A DNA stretch of 64,000 nucleotides. It comes from Lingula anatina. Lineage: Eukaryota; Animalia; Brachiopoda. Position numbers and translations under genes: made by a program. The first letter of the stretch is position 1; the number at the start of each line of letters is the position of its first letter. The stretch spans positions 16,320,567 through 16,384,566 of the forward strand of contig CM120649.1 of assembly GCA_051362555.1 (NCBI GenBank), given 5' to 3'. The notes under the pieces were generated by a model. The model worked only from the letters and a program-made list of their open reading frames with translations, was not told the origin of the DNA and made no database searches. Below, piece by piece: positions 1 through 13,106 of this stretch.

Positions 1-11
1 CACCTTCTTAC

Positions 12-1745
12 CCAAAGGAGTAGACTAAACATTTCCCCGGCTTCATATTGTATGGTCGGTCAAGGCACACCTCCCAACCGCCATCTTTCAATTCGTTGAA
101 ACCAGCTCTGACCCGGCGGCGGCAGTCAAATTGTAGTTTCTGAAGATATCTTGATATTGAAAAGCATCATTTTACCATTTTTAAAGATAAAAATGCAAGT
201 TGAAAGAATGATCATTTTAAAGAGTAATAAAAAGATGGAGAAATCAATACAAAAATATTTTTTCCAAAAACTATTACATATTTATTAACTGTACTTTATA
301 TAGAGCGTTGAAACACATGGACAGTGAGGTTATACAAAATTAATAGTGTTATTATTATCAGTCGTGTTACGATAGAAGTAAATAGTTGCCCAGAGTTGCC
401 TTTTATTTAAGATTTTTATGCGTGGGAATATTTCGTCGGGTGTACCTGAAATAGTCGAGTTCAATCTCATCTGCTATTGCATCATCCCTTGACAGTGTCG
501 GAACTGCTTCTCTTGAGAAGTCAATGTCGTCTGCTAGATTGTAGAAAGATCGCAGCGTAGTAGGTTTTATCGTTGTTGCATTTTTAAATTGGGATCTCTC
601 TCCTGCCTTGAAAAATAAATTCTGATATTGTAAGTACAGACGGAGCATGGTTTTATTGCTCCTTTGAAAGTTACATCCGTAACCGCTGTTCTTAGAATCA
701 ATCTTAAACACTTGCAAGAGATAAATGCTTCTTGCGCGCATGTTTATTCATATACATTGAACTCTATTAAATAAGATCAAGAGATACCGCAGTGAAATAC
801 TGTAGATTATTATAGATTTTTCTACGGTGCCCATATCATACTCGAGGGCTTTTTATTTCTCATATCAAAAGGATAACAACTCTTCACGTGAAATTAAGAA
901 TTTCACAATAAATACATTGTAAACAACGCACAGAAATATAAAAAATTCCATTTTACCAAAAAAAAAATTTTTTAATTATTCCGATATCTCTGTTTGCCAT
1001 TGGGTCATATTGACCTTCATAGATGGTTACCCTCCGTAATAATATCTTATGGCATTATTAAAAAAAAACAAAAAAAAACAACAACAACAACAACAACAAT
1101 AGACTAGCTAACTTTGAATGTCCGAACGCATTTATTAAACATTGGCAAGTATGGGAACATCTTCAAATACCCGGGAAAATCCGTTTCTTGGCACTTTCCC
1201 TGACAAAACGAAGAGTTGTTTTCCCTTATACGCAGCATAAAGTTTGAAATTGGGACACGAAGAGCCCAAGAGTGACATATTGACACATTTAACCCATTCA
1301 CCTGTGCACTTACATTGTACATACTTGTAAGTAGACAAAACAAATGTAATATTTCGGTAACGGCGGTAAAAACAGGTCTTCATGAAAGAGAGAGAGAGAG
1401 AGAGAGAGAGAATTAACGAAAGAGAATTTCTGCAGGAAAAGATGCCTACCAATTTCAAATCTAACCGACTGCTAATGAGGGTGCCATTTTTCAATGTCGA
1501 TCTAAGGATGCCCACGTCATTTGCTAAATTATAAAAGTTAGACAATTATTCTTGCATGTTTTTGTAATTGATTCTATGTCGCGTATGTATTAATCTTACT
1601 TAAAACAAAATATATGATTGCCAAAATGTTTTCATTAGAAATCTGTTTAAAAAAACGCACCTTCACGCATCCAGAGGACGGAAAGTCCCACCAGCAAAAC
1701 GACTAGGAAAAACGCCAAGAGTTTCCACATTCTCCGTCCGGACAT
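12..1745 (-). CDS. METTL24: METTL24-like (Methyltransf_22-type) SAM-dependent methyltransferase, copy A; 5' four exons, gene continues off the left edge
   Basis: Exons 1745-1661 (MSGRRMWKLLAFFLVVLLVGLSVLWMRE, N-terminal membrane anchor), 1523-1450, 606-446 and 149-12 (YLQKLQFDCRRRVRAG..DGGWEVCLDRPYNMKPGKCLVYSFG). All junctions are GT-AG and phase-consistent, and exon lengths (85/74/161/138) equal those of copy B. The DGGWxVC...CLVYSFG motif is typical of the family. Confidence 0.85.
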
Positions 1746-2152
1746 AGTTTTTAATTCTACGACAGAAAAATGTGAAAATGTTTACAGAGAAAACAATTAT
1801 AACTACTATCTGTGCCTTGGCAATATTCAATTATGAATCCCTTGGTTCAAACTGTGGGGGTACTCACTGGATTTTCTTTATTCCCCCTCCTCCCCCCCCC
1901 CCCCCCCCCCCCCCCCCAAACACAACACCAACAACATCAAAAACACGGTATGAAAAAAGAAAAGAAGAAAACACAACAAAACAAAGACAATTTACACCCC
2001 CGTTTTAGTAAAAATACCCATCACTGTTTACCGTTCAGAATATTTTAACTCCCCCCCCCCCCCACCCCCATCCTGGAGCCACGATTGATATGGCAGTCAT
2101 ATGTGGAACCCTTTTTGTCTGGAATCTGTTTTCAAACTGATACTATTCTTCT

Positions 2153-2374
2153 ACTAGAAAAGCACTCCGAGAGCGCAGACCTCCGCGAAGGTAGCAATTT
2201 TTTATTATTATTGATTGATAATTGATCCGGATCACCACCAAAAACTAATCACTTCTAAGTTAACCCATTTCTGACCTACCCTGAAAATTTCATGAAAATC
2301 GGTCCATAACTTTTTGAGTTATGTTGATGACAGACAAACAGATAAACAGGGGTAAAACTCCTTGGCGGAGGTAA
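2153..2374. mobile_element. Non-autonomous Helentron-associated (HINE/DINE-like) element
   Basis: Starts ACTAGAAAAGCACTC..GAGCGCAGAC. Subterminal inverted repeat CCTCCGCGAAGG (2180) pairs with CCTTGGCGGAGG (2360), with a (GACA)-like tract near the 3' end. Degenerate relatives lie at about 9141-9400 and 13407-13620. Confidence 0.55.
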
Positions 2375-2927
2375 AAATTAAGATAACATTTGTCGCTTAC
2401 ACCTCAGTCGAGTAATCTTCCCCTTCTTCGCTTTACCTTCTGATGTTTGTCTATAAAAAGCACTCCAAGATCGCAGATATCCAGCAGAGAAAAATTGCAT
2501 TCACTAAAAGACATAACAGAAACAAAACATATTTAAAGTCGTAACCAGTATACTTTTCCTCGTGAGTATCTGCTTGTCTTGAAAAATTAATCAAACATTG
2601 TGTAGACATAAATCAGTGTACGTAGTACAAAGCATCGATGATGAAAATATACATACACTGTACCCCCCTCCCCTCATCGCATCAAAAGATGGAGGCCAAG
2701 TGGATCTTCCATGCACTGTATATACCAAGCCATCTGATCTTTGAACCCCTCAGATTAATTCAATTCCAAGATTTCAACCAAAATAATAAAGTGAAGCGTC
2801 CACGACTATTTCCCCATCACTGTATGTTTGAATTTAATTCAACTTAACCTTACTTACCCTTACAATTGGTTTAAAGAATCTTCCAAATACTTCGCAAACA
2901 ATGCCTGGGATTTATTATACTCGAAAG

Positions 2928-3094
2928 CAGGGGCGGACCCAAAGACATTTTCTGACAGTCTTCCAAGTTATCTTTGTTGATTTATCCTTCCTTTTGACCG
3001 TCTTCCGACAGAAAAAATTAGATACCCATCAATGTAAACTTGAAAATCTGACCGTCTTCCGGAAGACCCAGAAGACGGCCTAAATCCGCCCCTG
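2928..3094. mobile_element. 167-bp MITE with CAGGGGCGGA termini (hAT-like) and 6-bp TSD CGAAAG
   Basis: TIR CAGGGGCGGA...TCCGCCCCTG, flanked by CGAAAG at 2922-2927 and 3095-3100. It is absent from the paralogous position near 12075, and a second, truncated copy lies at 12978-13106. Confidence 0.8.
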
Positions 3095-4102
3095 CGAAAG
3101 GGTGATCCGCACCTCAATCTTATAATTTATAACTTGCAGTATCGAAGATGCAGCCTGCTTATAATCATACCAAAAGTAGTACTGAATGGATGAATATTTG
3201 ATATTATATAATGAATTCTTGATATCATGGTTTTCTCAATGTATGCCACTGGATATAAACTCTATTTACAAAACATCTGAGGTTACCAGTAGATTTAAGA
3301 AGAATCCAAATGTGTGCACGGATTTTATATAACCTTATATATTATACACGTGGCAGGCGCGTAAACAGAAGCAATCTATAATAGACATCTATAATAGACA
3401 AACGTACATGTATGTATTGTTAAGTGGCCAATTATACATGATCTAAAGAAGAAAGCAATAACATGTATTTATATATCAAATAAGCATGTATCACTGTTTT
3501 CATTTTCGTGAACTTACATTATTTATTTATTTATTTATTTACATATGTATCTGCCCCACTGGTGACTTATTTATTTATTTATCGTGAGAAAATTTACAGC
3601 GAATGCTTCAAGTGACCTCTTATAACGTATTCGAACTGTATTTGTACCGCATTTGCAGCGTATTTGTACATATTTGTAGCGTATTTGCACAAGGCAGAGG
3701 TGTTGATTTCTCTATCCCAGTGCGCAGTGCACGTACGTTGAATTATAACGTAGCCAGACATGTCAAAGCTAGGCGGGCAGGTGAGCTACTAGTGACATTT
3801 CTTCTTTCTGAAAATTCGGGATATCATTTAAAGCGCATTCTTATGTGGAGTTTCGCCTCGGACTTTTTTTCCTATTATTGGGCTCTAGTCGTTGTAATTC
3901 CTCAGGGATTGTGCATTTTTTTTAGTTTGATATTACATAACTGTCAACATTTGTTGTGCCTGGTCGAGTATGAATTGGAGCATGAAAAATAATAAAAGTA
4001 ACCATTTTAGTTCATGATATAGCAACAAGCATTAATATTCAAATACGTGGAATGTCTTCAGCGGATAGCAACTATTCGCGACCTGTGTGCAGTGTTAATG
4101 AA

Positions 4103-7100
4103 TCAATGGCGGTGTCCGCTTTTTCCGTCCTGCTTCAGAAAGTTGATGTTGACAAAATGCACCTCCATGCACATATAAACAGTGCGCTGTGTTAGCCCCG
4201 AGTTTGCTCGATTATAGAAGTTCCTTTTGGTGTAGAATATCCTGAACCCGAGCTCGTACAGTTTGTTGATGATATCGACATCTGCCTGTTTTTTAGGGAT
4301 ACCATGAAACTCTAAAGCAAATTGTTTGACTTGGAATAACACACCCTCGCGGTACATTGCCTGTAAACTTGGCCATTCGCTCCATTCAACGTCCATTTTC
4401 AAGTAGTCCAGTGTCACCTTAAATAAATATATAGTTAATTAATGTCAGCTGAAATAAATAAATAAATAAGTCAGTGGGGTGCAATTTAGACAGATACACA
4501 TGCAGACGGAGTGAGCAACAAATTGTTTACATACACACAAACGCGAGTGAATGGCCCACTTGCTCCCGCTCACCAATAACTCCCTTTAGCTTCGGTATTA
4601 ATACCCTCCCCTCCATAAAACAGTATTAAATCAAACTTTAGCAAACCCAAGAATAATTTACCAATACTAGTGACCTACTTATCACAAATGGAATTGTATT
4701 CTTTTTCAATTTTTCAATATTTTAAATATTGACGATCAAAGTCAGCCAAACATTTTCCTGCTTCCTCTTTCCCCCCCCCCCCCCCCCCCCCCCCCTCTCT
4801 CTCTTGTTTATCTAAACCCTAGATTTGCCAGTTTGATGTGTCTGGTGAGATACATTGTACCAACTGGATATACCATAAAATGCAACACATATTTCATTCC
4901 CGAACGTTTAAAAGACATAATACATTGATGTATAAATCATAATGACCACTAAACTTTAAACTGAGAACAAAACTAAGTTTTATGCCGCGGTTTCGATCGG
5001 CCAATAACACTGACGACTCCATGGTAACATTATTTTTGGAGCAAATCAGTTTTTGCTGCACAGCTAAAATGTCCAGCTATTGGTATACAATAATAAGGTT
5101 ACATTGCACGTTTGAAAAACATGTCACTGTCATATGGACACACTTGGTTCGTTCTGGATTATATCTGAAACATTTCTACCACTACGTGACCTACGTTAAC
5201 ATTAAGGAAATATCATTACTCAACATTATTCAATGTTTACTACTAAAATTATTAACCTTTTATCAGAGGAACCTTCGATAAATGCGGCCTTCATCGGCCA
5301 AATTTCGACCATCATACTTGAGTTTGTCCTATTATTTTCTTTGTCACATGCACATGCATGTCATTTATCATTTAAGTTGGTTTAGAACAAGGAGACATAA
5401 AATGTCTGTAACATTTTTACCAGTATGTGACGTACGTTCTCATGTCCAAGAAGTCGCTTTATGGATCCAAGCGTGTAAAGTTGCCACTTTTTATCATTGG
5501 TTTCGTTGCTTCCAGATATACCCAGATTGTGGAAATAAATGTTTGGGGAACGCTTGAAGTCTTTTTTTCCTATACTGGAAACAAGTAGAAAGACGAAATT
5601 ATTATAATTGATGAGGCTTGTTAAAGAATTAATCATCTATCCTATACTGAAAAAAATTTAAATGGGGATATTCATATGTCAATGAGACAATGATATGAAG
5701 GGATGGTTAAGTATCGTCCCGAAAATACGAATGAACAAGCTACGTGTATGAGCCAAAAAGCAAACATACACGTACATGTAGCCTACTACTCGCATATGTA
5801 TGTGTCAAGTTTCACGTGTTATTTGTTATCATTTTTTTATTGGGGGAGAGGGTGTTACATTCCTCAGAAGCGAAGGAATAGAATATGCCTACACTGTATT
5901 TAACGACCTCCGATAAATTCGTCGCTGCTTATAAACGAAAGGTACCAGTGGTTTGCTAATTTCGCGGGTGAAAAGTACTTACCTTGGATCAAAACAGTGC
6001 ACTGTACAATTTCTGGTCTTGTCCATGTAGTCGTCAAAGGACCAGTTGGTACTGATGCTGAATACGAAATAACAAATATTAACATCTGCGTCAGTATAAT
6101 TTTTGTACCGTATTTCACTTACTTTAAGTCGTTTTTCACATCAACCGCTATATTCAACGGGTGCCTTACCTCCCGAACATAAAATACTGATGGGGGTCGA
6201 GTAACAAGTATACTGGTATGGGGTGTTTGACTGTGTTGTTCGAGTGAAAAAAAAAACTGTAAGCCTTAGGTTGGACTCGAGCCCATGGGATTAACACCAA
6301 TATCAAATTATACCTACGCTGTTTCCTTTCAAGCTTTCCAACACACATGGGAGACGAAATTGCGATATTATTGTTTTTTATCATACAGATGTATCTACAG
6401 CTTACTATACAATGGTATTCTGTATTGACAGGACTTCATAATGGGCGGACATAAATTACTGACATGGGTGTAGCAGTAGTGAAAGTCCAGCAGTAACACA
6501 AATCATGCCCGTATCTTCTTACCCAAAGGAGTAAACTAAGCATTTTCCCGGTTTCATATTGTATGGCGGGTCAAGGCACACCTCCCAGCCGCCGTCTCCT
6601 GTTTCCCCGGTTCCTGCTCTTATCCGGTGTCGGCAGTCGAACTGTAAGTTTTGAAGATATCTGGAAATTGAAAATTGCTAAATTGTTTTTTATTGAGTGG
6701 ACAAATGGGAGAAATTAGTTCAGCCAGACCAAAGAACAGACAGACAAATTAATATGCAACAGGTTTTTCTCAAGTTATGTTAATAATTTATTTTATATTT
6801 ATAATACCATTAATTTATTTTACACAATTAAAATTCTACATTACACAGCGCTAAAACTTATGTAAAGTTTGGATTTTAAGAAATAAATATTTTATAATAT
6901 TTCATTAAATTTTTCGATATTATTTTAAACACGCTCAGATTGTATACGTAATTGAATGCACGTATAAAACAATCAATGAGCGTTAAACCTTTATATAGTA
7001 AACGTATCAATTTTCCTGGAAACTTCAGCAATTTTCATATTCACCTAAGTTTTACCTATCCAAACCCATTAAAAAAAGACAAAGATCCATTTAACCGTTT

Positions 7101-7803
7101 TTGAGTTCTATATTTGTTTCAAACCTATAACAGTCCATTGTACGTTGCCTGTCTTTAAGCTTTATTTTGTTTCATAAAAATGTTTCATAGTGTGTACCTG
7201 AAATAGTCCAGCTCAATCTTATCGGATATTGCACCATCCGCCGACAGTCTCGGAACGGCTTCTCTTGAATAGACAATGTCGTCTGCTAGATTGTAGAACG
7301 TTTTCCGCGGAGTAGGTTTTATGGTTGATGCTTTTTTAAGTTGGTGTTTCTCTCTCGCCTTGAAAAAAAAAGATGAAAGTTAGGTCCTCCATCCCCGTGT
7401 GGATCGAAATTATCATTTTAATTGTAAGTACAAATGCATCAGAAGTAAGTTTTCCGCTTTTAAATTTTTTACAGCTGTTCTTAGAATTAATCTTAAATAT
7501 TTACAAGGTGAGAGATAAAATGCATTATGCACACATGTGTAGTAATACAGGTATAACATTGAACTCTTCTTAACATAACAGATATTTAAAGAGATAAAAC
7601 AACGTGTATTATAAAGTGCTAATATCACACTTCGAGAGCTTCTCATATTTTAACGCGCCAGAATTTTTAAGCTAAAATATCGGAAACGAAGAGCACAGAA
7701 ATGAAATATGTACTTTCGCATGAAAACAAAATGCCAACCATTTATCATGGTAGCATAACTAAACAATTTTAAATACCTTGTTAATGACTGTTTGAGCAGG
7801 TTC

Positions 7804-7850
<47 letters not shown>

Positions 7851-8192
7851 GGGTTACATGTACCTGAAAATATGCTTACCAATTTCACATTTAGCCAATT
7901 GTTATTGACTGCGCCATTTCTCAATAGAGATCTAAGGGTGCCCATATCTTTCGCTGAATTATAAATGTTAGAAATATAATCCTAAACTTTTGGCAATAGA
8001 GAATTGCTTTATGTTATTATATGCATCAACCTTAATGTTTACTTGAGCCAAAACTATAGGACTGCCAAAATGTTAACATTAGAAACCTGTTTTAAAAAAA
8101 AACACACCTTCACGCATCCACAGGACGGAAAACCCCACCAGCAAGACGACTACAAAAATCGCCAAGAGTTTCCATATTCCCCGTCCGGACAT
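4103..8192 (-). CDS. METTL24: METTL24-like methyltransferase, copy B, complete (7 exons, about 328 aa, N-terminal signal anchor)
   Basis: Exons 8192-8108, 7953-7880, 7358-7198, 6660-6523 (DGGWEVCLDPPYNMKPGKCLVYSFG), 6057-5983 (ISTNWSFDDYM..CTVHCFDPS), 5574-5436 (NIYFHNLGISG..LYTLGSIKRLLGH) and 4417-4103 (LDYLKMDVEWSEW..VKQFALEFH..GFRIF..CMEVHFVN, stop). Total 987 nt, in frame, with canonical splice sites. Confidence 0.9.
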
Positions 8193-8716
8193 ACCAGTAG
8201 CTGTTAATGCTAATATAGAAACGAAAATAAGTATTTGCATAGAAAAAATTAAGATTATTGCATGTAACATGTCAATAATCAGTGGCGGATTTCCACAGAG
8301 GCAAACCCCACCTTTGAACCTTTGGGGGCTCTGCCTTTATCCCCCCCCCCCCCCCCCCCCACCATCCCGCAAAAAATATAAAAAATATAGCATTTGTGAC
8401 AAGATATAACAAAAATATTGTTCATACTTGTTTGCTTTATGTTATATTTATATTGCCCTTATTTATATCCTGTACCGTATGTTTTGGATTTATTAATCCT
8501 AACACCACCCCCACCAACCTCTTAACAAAATCCTGGACTCGTCATTGATATTGACAGTCCCACAAGAAACTTTTCTGTGTTATCTATATACATGCAGATT
8601 TCAAACTGACACTACTATCGTGAAACCATGAAATTACTTTTCCTCTTTCACCCTTTCAACCCCGCCCCCGGCGCGACTTTCTTTGCCTTCTGATACTTGT
8701 CAATGTTAAGACTCTA

Positions 8717-9140
8717 AGGGCTCGTTCCCATTGACACTGGCGGTCTACGTACCGGAAGATCGATTCAACTCTGAGGTTTAACGTGACAGAGAGCCCTCCA
8801 CGATACAGAGTCCCTTTCCATTCATTTGTACAGGTACCGTAAGCCACGCCCTAGATTTTGACCCAGCTTAGGTCAGGTTAACCCTAACCATTGGAGGGCG
8901 GACTTTCTATTTCACGGACCCTCAGTTTCGTTACACCAGGACTTTCGTTGAATGCAGTCAGTTTTTCATATTAACGCGCCACCTACTGGCCTTGTGTAGA
9001 ACACATAAATGCTGGTGATCATACGATAACTTTGGACAGAAGAGGAGGTGTGTTAACCTGTTAAACTGATTGCTTTCAGCGAGTCCATGCAGAGTTGGAT
9101 CGATCTATGGAGACCGATAGTTTCAATGGAAATGAGCCCT
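8717..9140. mobile_element. MITE of about 424 bp with roughly 18-bp TIRs and TA flanks, inserted into the head of a HINE-like element
   Basis: AGGGCTCGTTCCCATTGA at the left matches the reverse complement of TCAATGGAAATGAGCCCT at the right. TA flanks both sides, and removing the element restores ACTCTAGCGCAGAC. Confidence 0.65.
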
Positions 9141-9707
9141 TAGCGCAGACATGAAAGAAAAGAAAAGAAAATGACAATTTTATCAAAAAAGATAGCAGGG
9201 ACCAAATTTAGTCAAAGTTGTAATAACTTCTTCGTATCCGGAATATTTAAAAAACTGTCAATCTCGATAATGTCCCCAACATTTGGAAAGAACTGCTCGA
9301 GATATAGTATATTGTCCACTGACAAGCAGACACACGATCAAATAGACAAAGCAACGACGATGAAAAAAACATAACCTCCTTTGTTGGCTTAGGTAATAAA
9401 TTTTTTTAGTGAAGAAAAGTATGCATTAACCATGGAACGTAGAATATATAGTTAACGTTGTGTTAAAGACATGTATGTAAATTATAACATGATTTAAACT
9501 ATGGAATGAAAATTAAAACGCCAAACCGCTGACGCGACGAAACTCTTTAGAATATCTTATAACCTCAGTCTCTCAAACATCTAGAAGAATGAATAACAAG
9601 GTTAAGCATGGGACCCATCAAACTTGTTTCACCAGGTTCTTACTTTGTTAATTTATTCATAAATCTGCACGAGGAGACGAACTCCAGCCCCTTATTGACT
9701 TTGAATA

Positions 9708-9709
<2 letters not shown>

Positions 9710-9768
<59 letters not shown>
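9710..9768. repeat. (TA)n microsatellite
   Basis: Perfect TA dinucleotide run of about 60 bp. Confidence 0.95.
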
Positions 9769-9773
<5 letters not shown>

Positions 9774-10609
9774 TCCCCAAATAAAAAGAAGGGTGCATGT
9801 ATAACGTATACTCAAAGTACTAACAGGCCAAAGTCCTTTGCTTATCTGGATTATATAAACAATTTAAGAGTCTGTTGTCTGGGAATGCTTTTTGGTCCTC
9901 CTTCAAGGTACTTCGAAATGGAAATTTAAAAAAATCGTCTACAATCTTCAATTCAGATTTTAAGACGAATTATGCACCTGGATCAGTGAGACAAGGAAAG
10001 AGAACCTTCATAGCAGATGTAATGTGCAGTTTTTTATCGACTTGCCCTGTATACAATTGTTTATGAGGAAGAAATCACATTTTAGCAGGGTGCGACTTAA
10101 GTGAGTGAGAGATAAGCAGAAGGCTTCGGTTAATCTGCGAGTTGATCAGCTAATTGGGTGATATTCCACTACATAAATTGAAAGAGTTAAATTGCAGAGT
10201 AAACTTATGTCCCAAGGATATTGCTTATAATCATCTTCCACTTAGTGATGTCTATGGGTATGAATTATTACTGTCAATATTAAGGTTCGTTTCACAAAGA
10301 GAATAATACATAATTAATTTCTATGTCTTAGTCATGTATACAATACTTATAGTATGATGCTAGCGTACAATCAATGCTGTGAGCAGTTGACATAAAACTA
10401 AATATGTGTAATAACAATGGATATCTATATATGTAATTTGAGTGCTATTTATCTGTGTGATAATTTCCCGTATACTGCCCGTACTGCCCTTTCCGTGCTG
10501 CGTTCGTTCACTTATAATCTCTTTCACAGGCTTCAAATTATCAAATTTAATCAGGTTCACTGTCCGTGTCGCCCGGGCGCGGTGTTCCTGTTTGGGTAAC
10601 TCTGTCTTA

Positions 10610-11218
10610 GAGCGCATTCAGAACGAATTGATCCGCGGACTAAATATGGCCGACCCCACTTCAAAAGCGATGCCGCTAATTTCATGATGGTCTCCCTGCC
10701 TCCACACGCGCCGACGCTGCAGGGGACTAGTCAATATTTAATCCGTTTAATGGCGTGTGTGGAGGCGGGGAGGCCGTCGGGAATCAGCAGCATCGCTTTT
10801 GAAGTGTGGTCGGCCATATTTAGTCGGCGGATCAGTTAGTACTCGGATCATCTATTCTGAAAGCCCCTTAGAGCACATTCAGAACGAGGTCATGAAGAAA
10901 AAAGTCGATTTGTTGGTTGAAAGTGATTGTGTGGAGCCCTTTTGGGGGCCATTCAGAATATATTATCCGAGTACTTACTGATCCGCCGACTAAATATGGC
11001 GGATTGCACTTCAAAAGCGATGCCACTGATGGTCTCCCCGCCTACACACGCGCCATTAAATCTCGGATCCGAGGTTTAACTGCTAGGCCCCTGCAGCCAC
11101 GGCACGTGTGGAGGCGAGGAGACCATCATGGAATTAGCGGCATCGCTTTTGAATTTAGGTCGGCCATATTTAGACGGCGGATCAGTTAGTACTCGCATCA
11201 TCCATTCTGAATGCCCCC
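10610..11218. mobile_element. Two foldback (hairpin) MITEs of one family in inverted orientation; PIF/Harbinger-like ends
   Basis: Copy 1 spans 10610-10867 and copy 2 spans 10944-11218. Each has long arms (GATCCGCCGACTAAATATGGC..CTTCAAAAGCGATGCC and its reverse complement). Termini resemble GGGGGC(C)ATTCAGAA...TTCTGAATGCCCCC followed by TTA. Confidence 0.75.
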
Positions 11219-12977
11219 TTAGTCCCTATACATGTACAGTTGCGAATGCCTTCCGTGCGTTACAGCCCCCTACGATTTAAATCCCCCAACTGCTCAGAAC
11301 AACCAAGCGCATAACTAAAATGTATGCAGGTGAATTATTATAGGTTTCCTAACATTTTTACTAATGTTTTGTCTCCTAAAACCACCAAAGGCGAATCACA
11401 ATCATCGCAACTGTACCGAACAATGTCAATACGGAAGCTGTGCGATGCCATTTACGATCATGTTACTGCCCAGGAATTACGATTTTAAAAATTGTTCAAA
11501 GTTTTAGTTTGACAAAACCGTAGAAGCTCCGAACCGAACGATTCAGAACGATTTCGCACGGCCATCGCATGCCTCCGCACACACGCCTCACGAAAAAGAG
11601 ATTTGCAGCCAGTATAAGAGCACCGTACAGACAACGCATGGCAAATGTAGCCTTGGCTTTAACATTGGAGGCGTGTGACCAGGAGGCACGCCACAACATT
11701 GCTCGCTGTTAATTTGTCAAATCTGTCCAGAAAGTGTCCAGTTTCTCGCACACTCTGTGATGTGGGAGCTCCCGCTGCCTCGCTGCATGCGCACGGTGGA
11801 GTACTTGCTAAATTCATATCGTTCCACCTTACGGTTGAGTAAAAGGGTTTATAAAAATAAAAGTTAGCCCAACATCGTGCCTTCACTAAGTGCCAACAGC
11901 TTCGTTTTAGACTACATATCTCAGAGTATTTCCATGGAACCCTCCACGACTATTCTTGCCTCCCACTTTACTTGAATAAGTTTGTTTGACTCAATTTCAC
12001 TTACCCAGCTACACTGTTACTGTTTTGAAAGAATCTTCCGGATGCTTCGGAACCCCTGGGATAATTCTTACTCACAGTAGAGATCTGCGACTTTACTTAA
12101 TCTGAGCAAGTAAAACACAGTTGATTTATCATGCAGTTTCGAAGACGTAGACTGCATATAAGAAAGTATGCAGGTACATCAACGTAATTAAGGTTGTAGA
12201 ACGAATAAATATCATGCCGGTATCAATGAATACCATACATCATGTGATTTTTTTCTGCGCACCTTAGTTTCACGAATGTGACTTTATCATATATGCTACA
12301 TAAACATGTCACGTAAGATTTAAGAGGTAGCCTGAGTTTCCGTGGAGTTGAATAGATCTACATAGAACACTGGGAACAGACCATAAAATCGGACTATTTA
12401 ATATCCCGCAAATTCGCAAAATTTCTCCGCTAACAAGTTGCAAATGAGTTTATGTAAAAATCAAAACCTTTAATACTCCAATTCACATAGGCCTTTACAG
12501 CTAAACTTATCGAGGTATAAATATCTAACAAGTATTCTTTTAACAAAATAACAAAATAATGAATGCAGAAGAAGCGAGTACTATTGTCAGTGGACGTGCC
12601 CCCTTTCATGAGAGCTTGTAACAGGCGCGTATAACATCAACAATTTCAATGTATTATCCAGTGGTTATTAAGCCAATTTCAAATTACGCTTTACCAATAT
12701 TTATTTTAAAGCGTCTTTTCTCTGTTTGAATTTCTTAGCCTGTATCTAAAACTAGTGGACGGCCTCAATCCTGTAAACGTAATACAAAGTATACGTCGTG
12801 TTAGACCATCATCCATTTCATCCAGTGATATCCAGAGGGTTTATATCGCCCACAGGGGTTGACCCACGAGGCCTACGTGTGCCAGAACACTTAAGTTTCC
12901 AGTCAAACGTTTAGTTACACCATTGTTCTAGTTTTGCCAATGGTTGTATGCAATTCTGGACATTTCATCTCTCATGT

Positions 12978-13106
12978 CAGGGGCGGATCCAGAGCTATTT
13001 ACTGACAGTCTTCCAAATTATCTTTGTTGATTCATCCTCCAATTTTGACCGTCTTCCAACAGAAAAAATTAGATACCCATCAATGTAAACTTGAAAATCT
13101 GACCGT
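12978..13106 (+). mobile_element. Truncated second copy of the CAGGGGCGGA MITE
   Basis: Near-identical to 2928-3055 (CTGACAGTCTTCCAA..CAGAAAAAATTAGATACCCATCAATGTAAACTTGAAAATCTGACCGT) but lacks the right TIR. Confidence 0.75.

Noticed and set aside
1772-2048. Poly-proline ORFs
   Set aside because: They are translations of a poly-C homopolymer tract. Similar poly-C/G tracts recur throughout the non-coding DNA.
6255-6300. B-box-like GGCTCGAGTCC on the minus strand (tRNA?)
   Set aside because: No cloverleaf or A-box can be supported; at most a SINE remnant.
8086-8107. Apparent ultra-short GT...AG intron of about 20 nt after METTL24 exon 1 (also at about 1643-1660)
   Set aside because: Splicing it gives an immediate stop in both copies. 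The downstream acceptors at 7954 and 1524 give an in-frame product.
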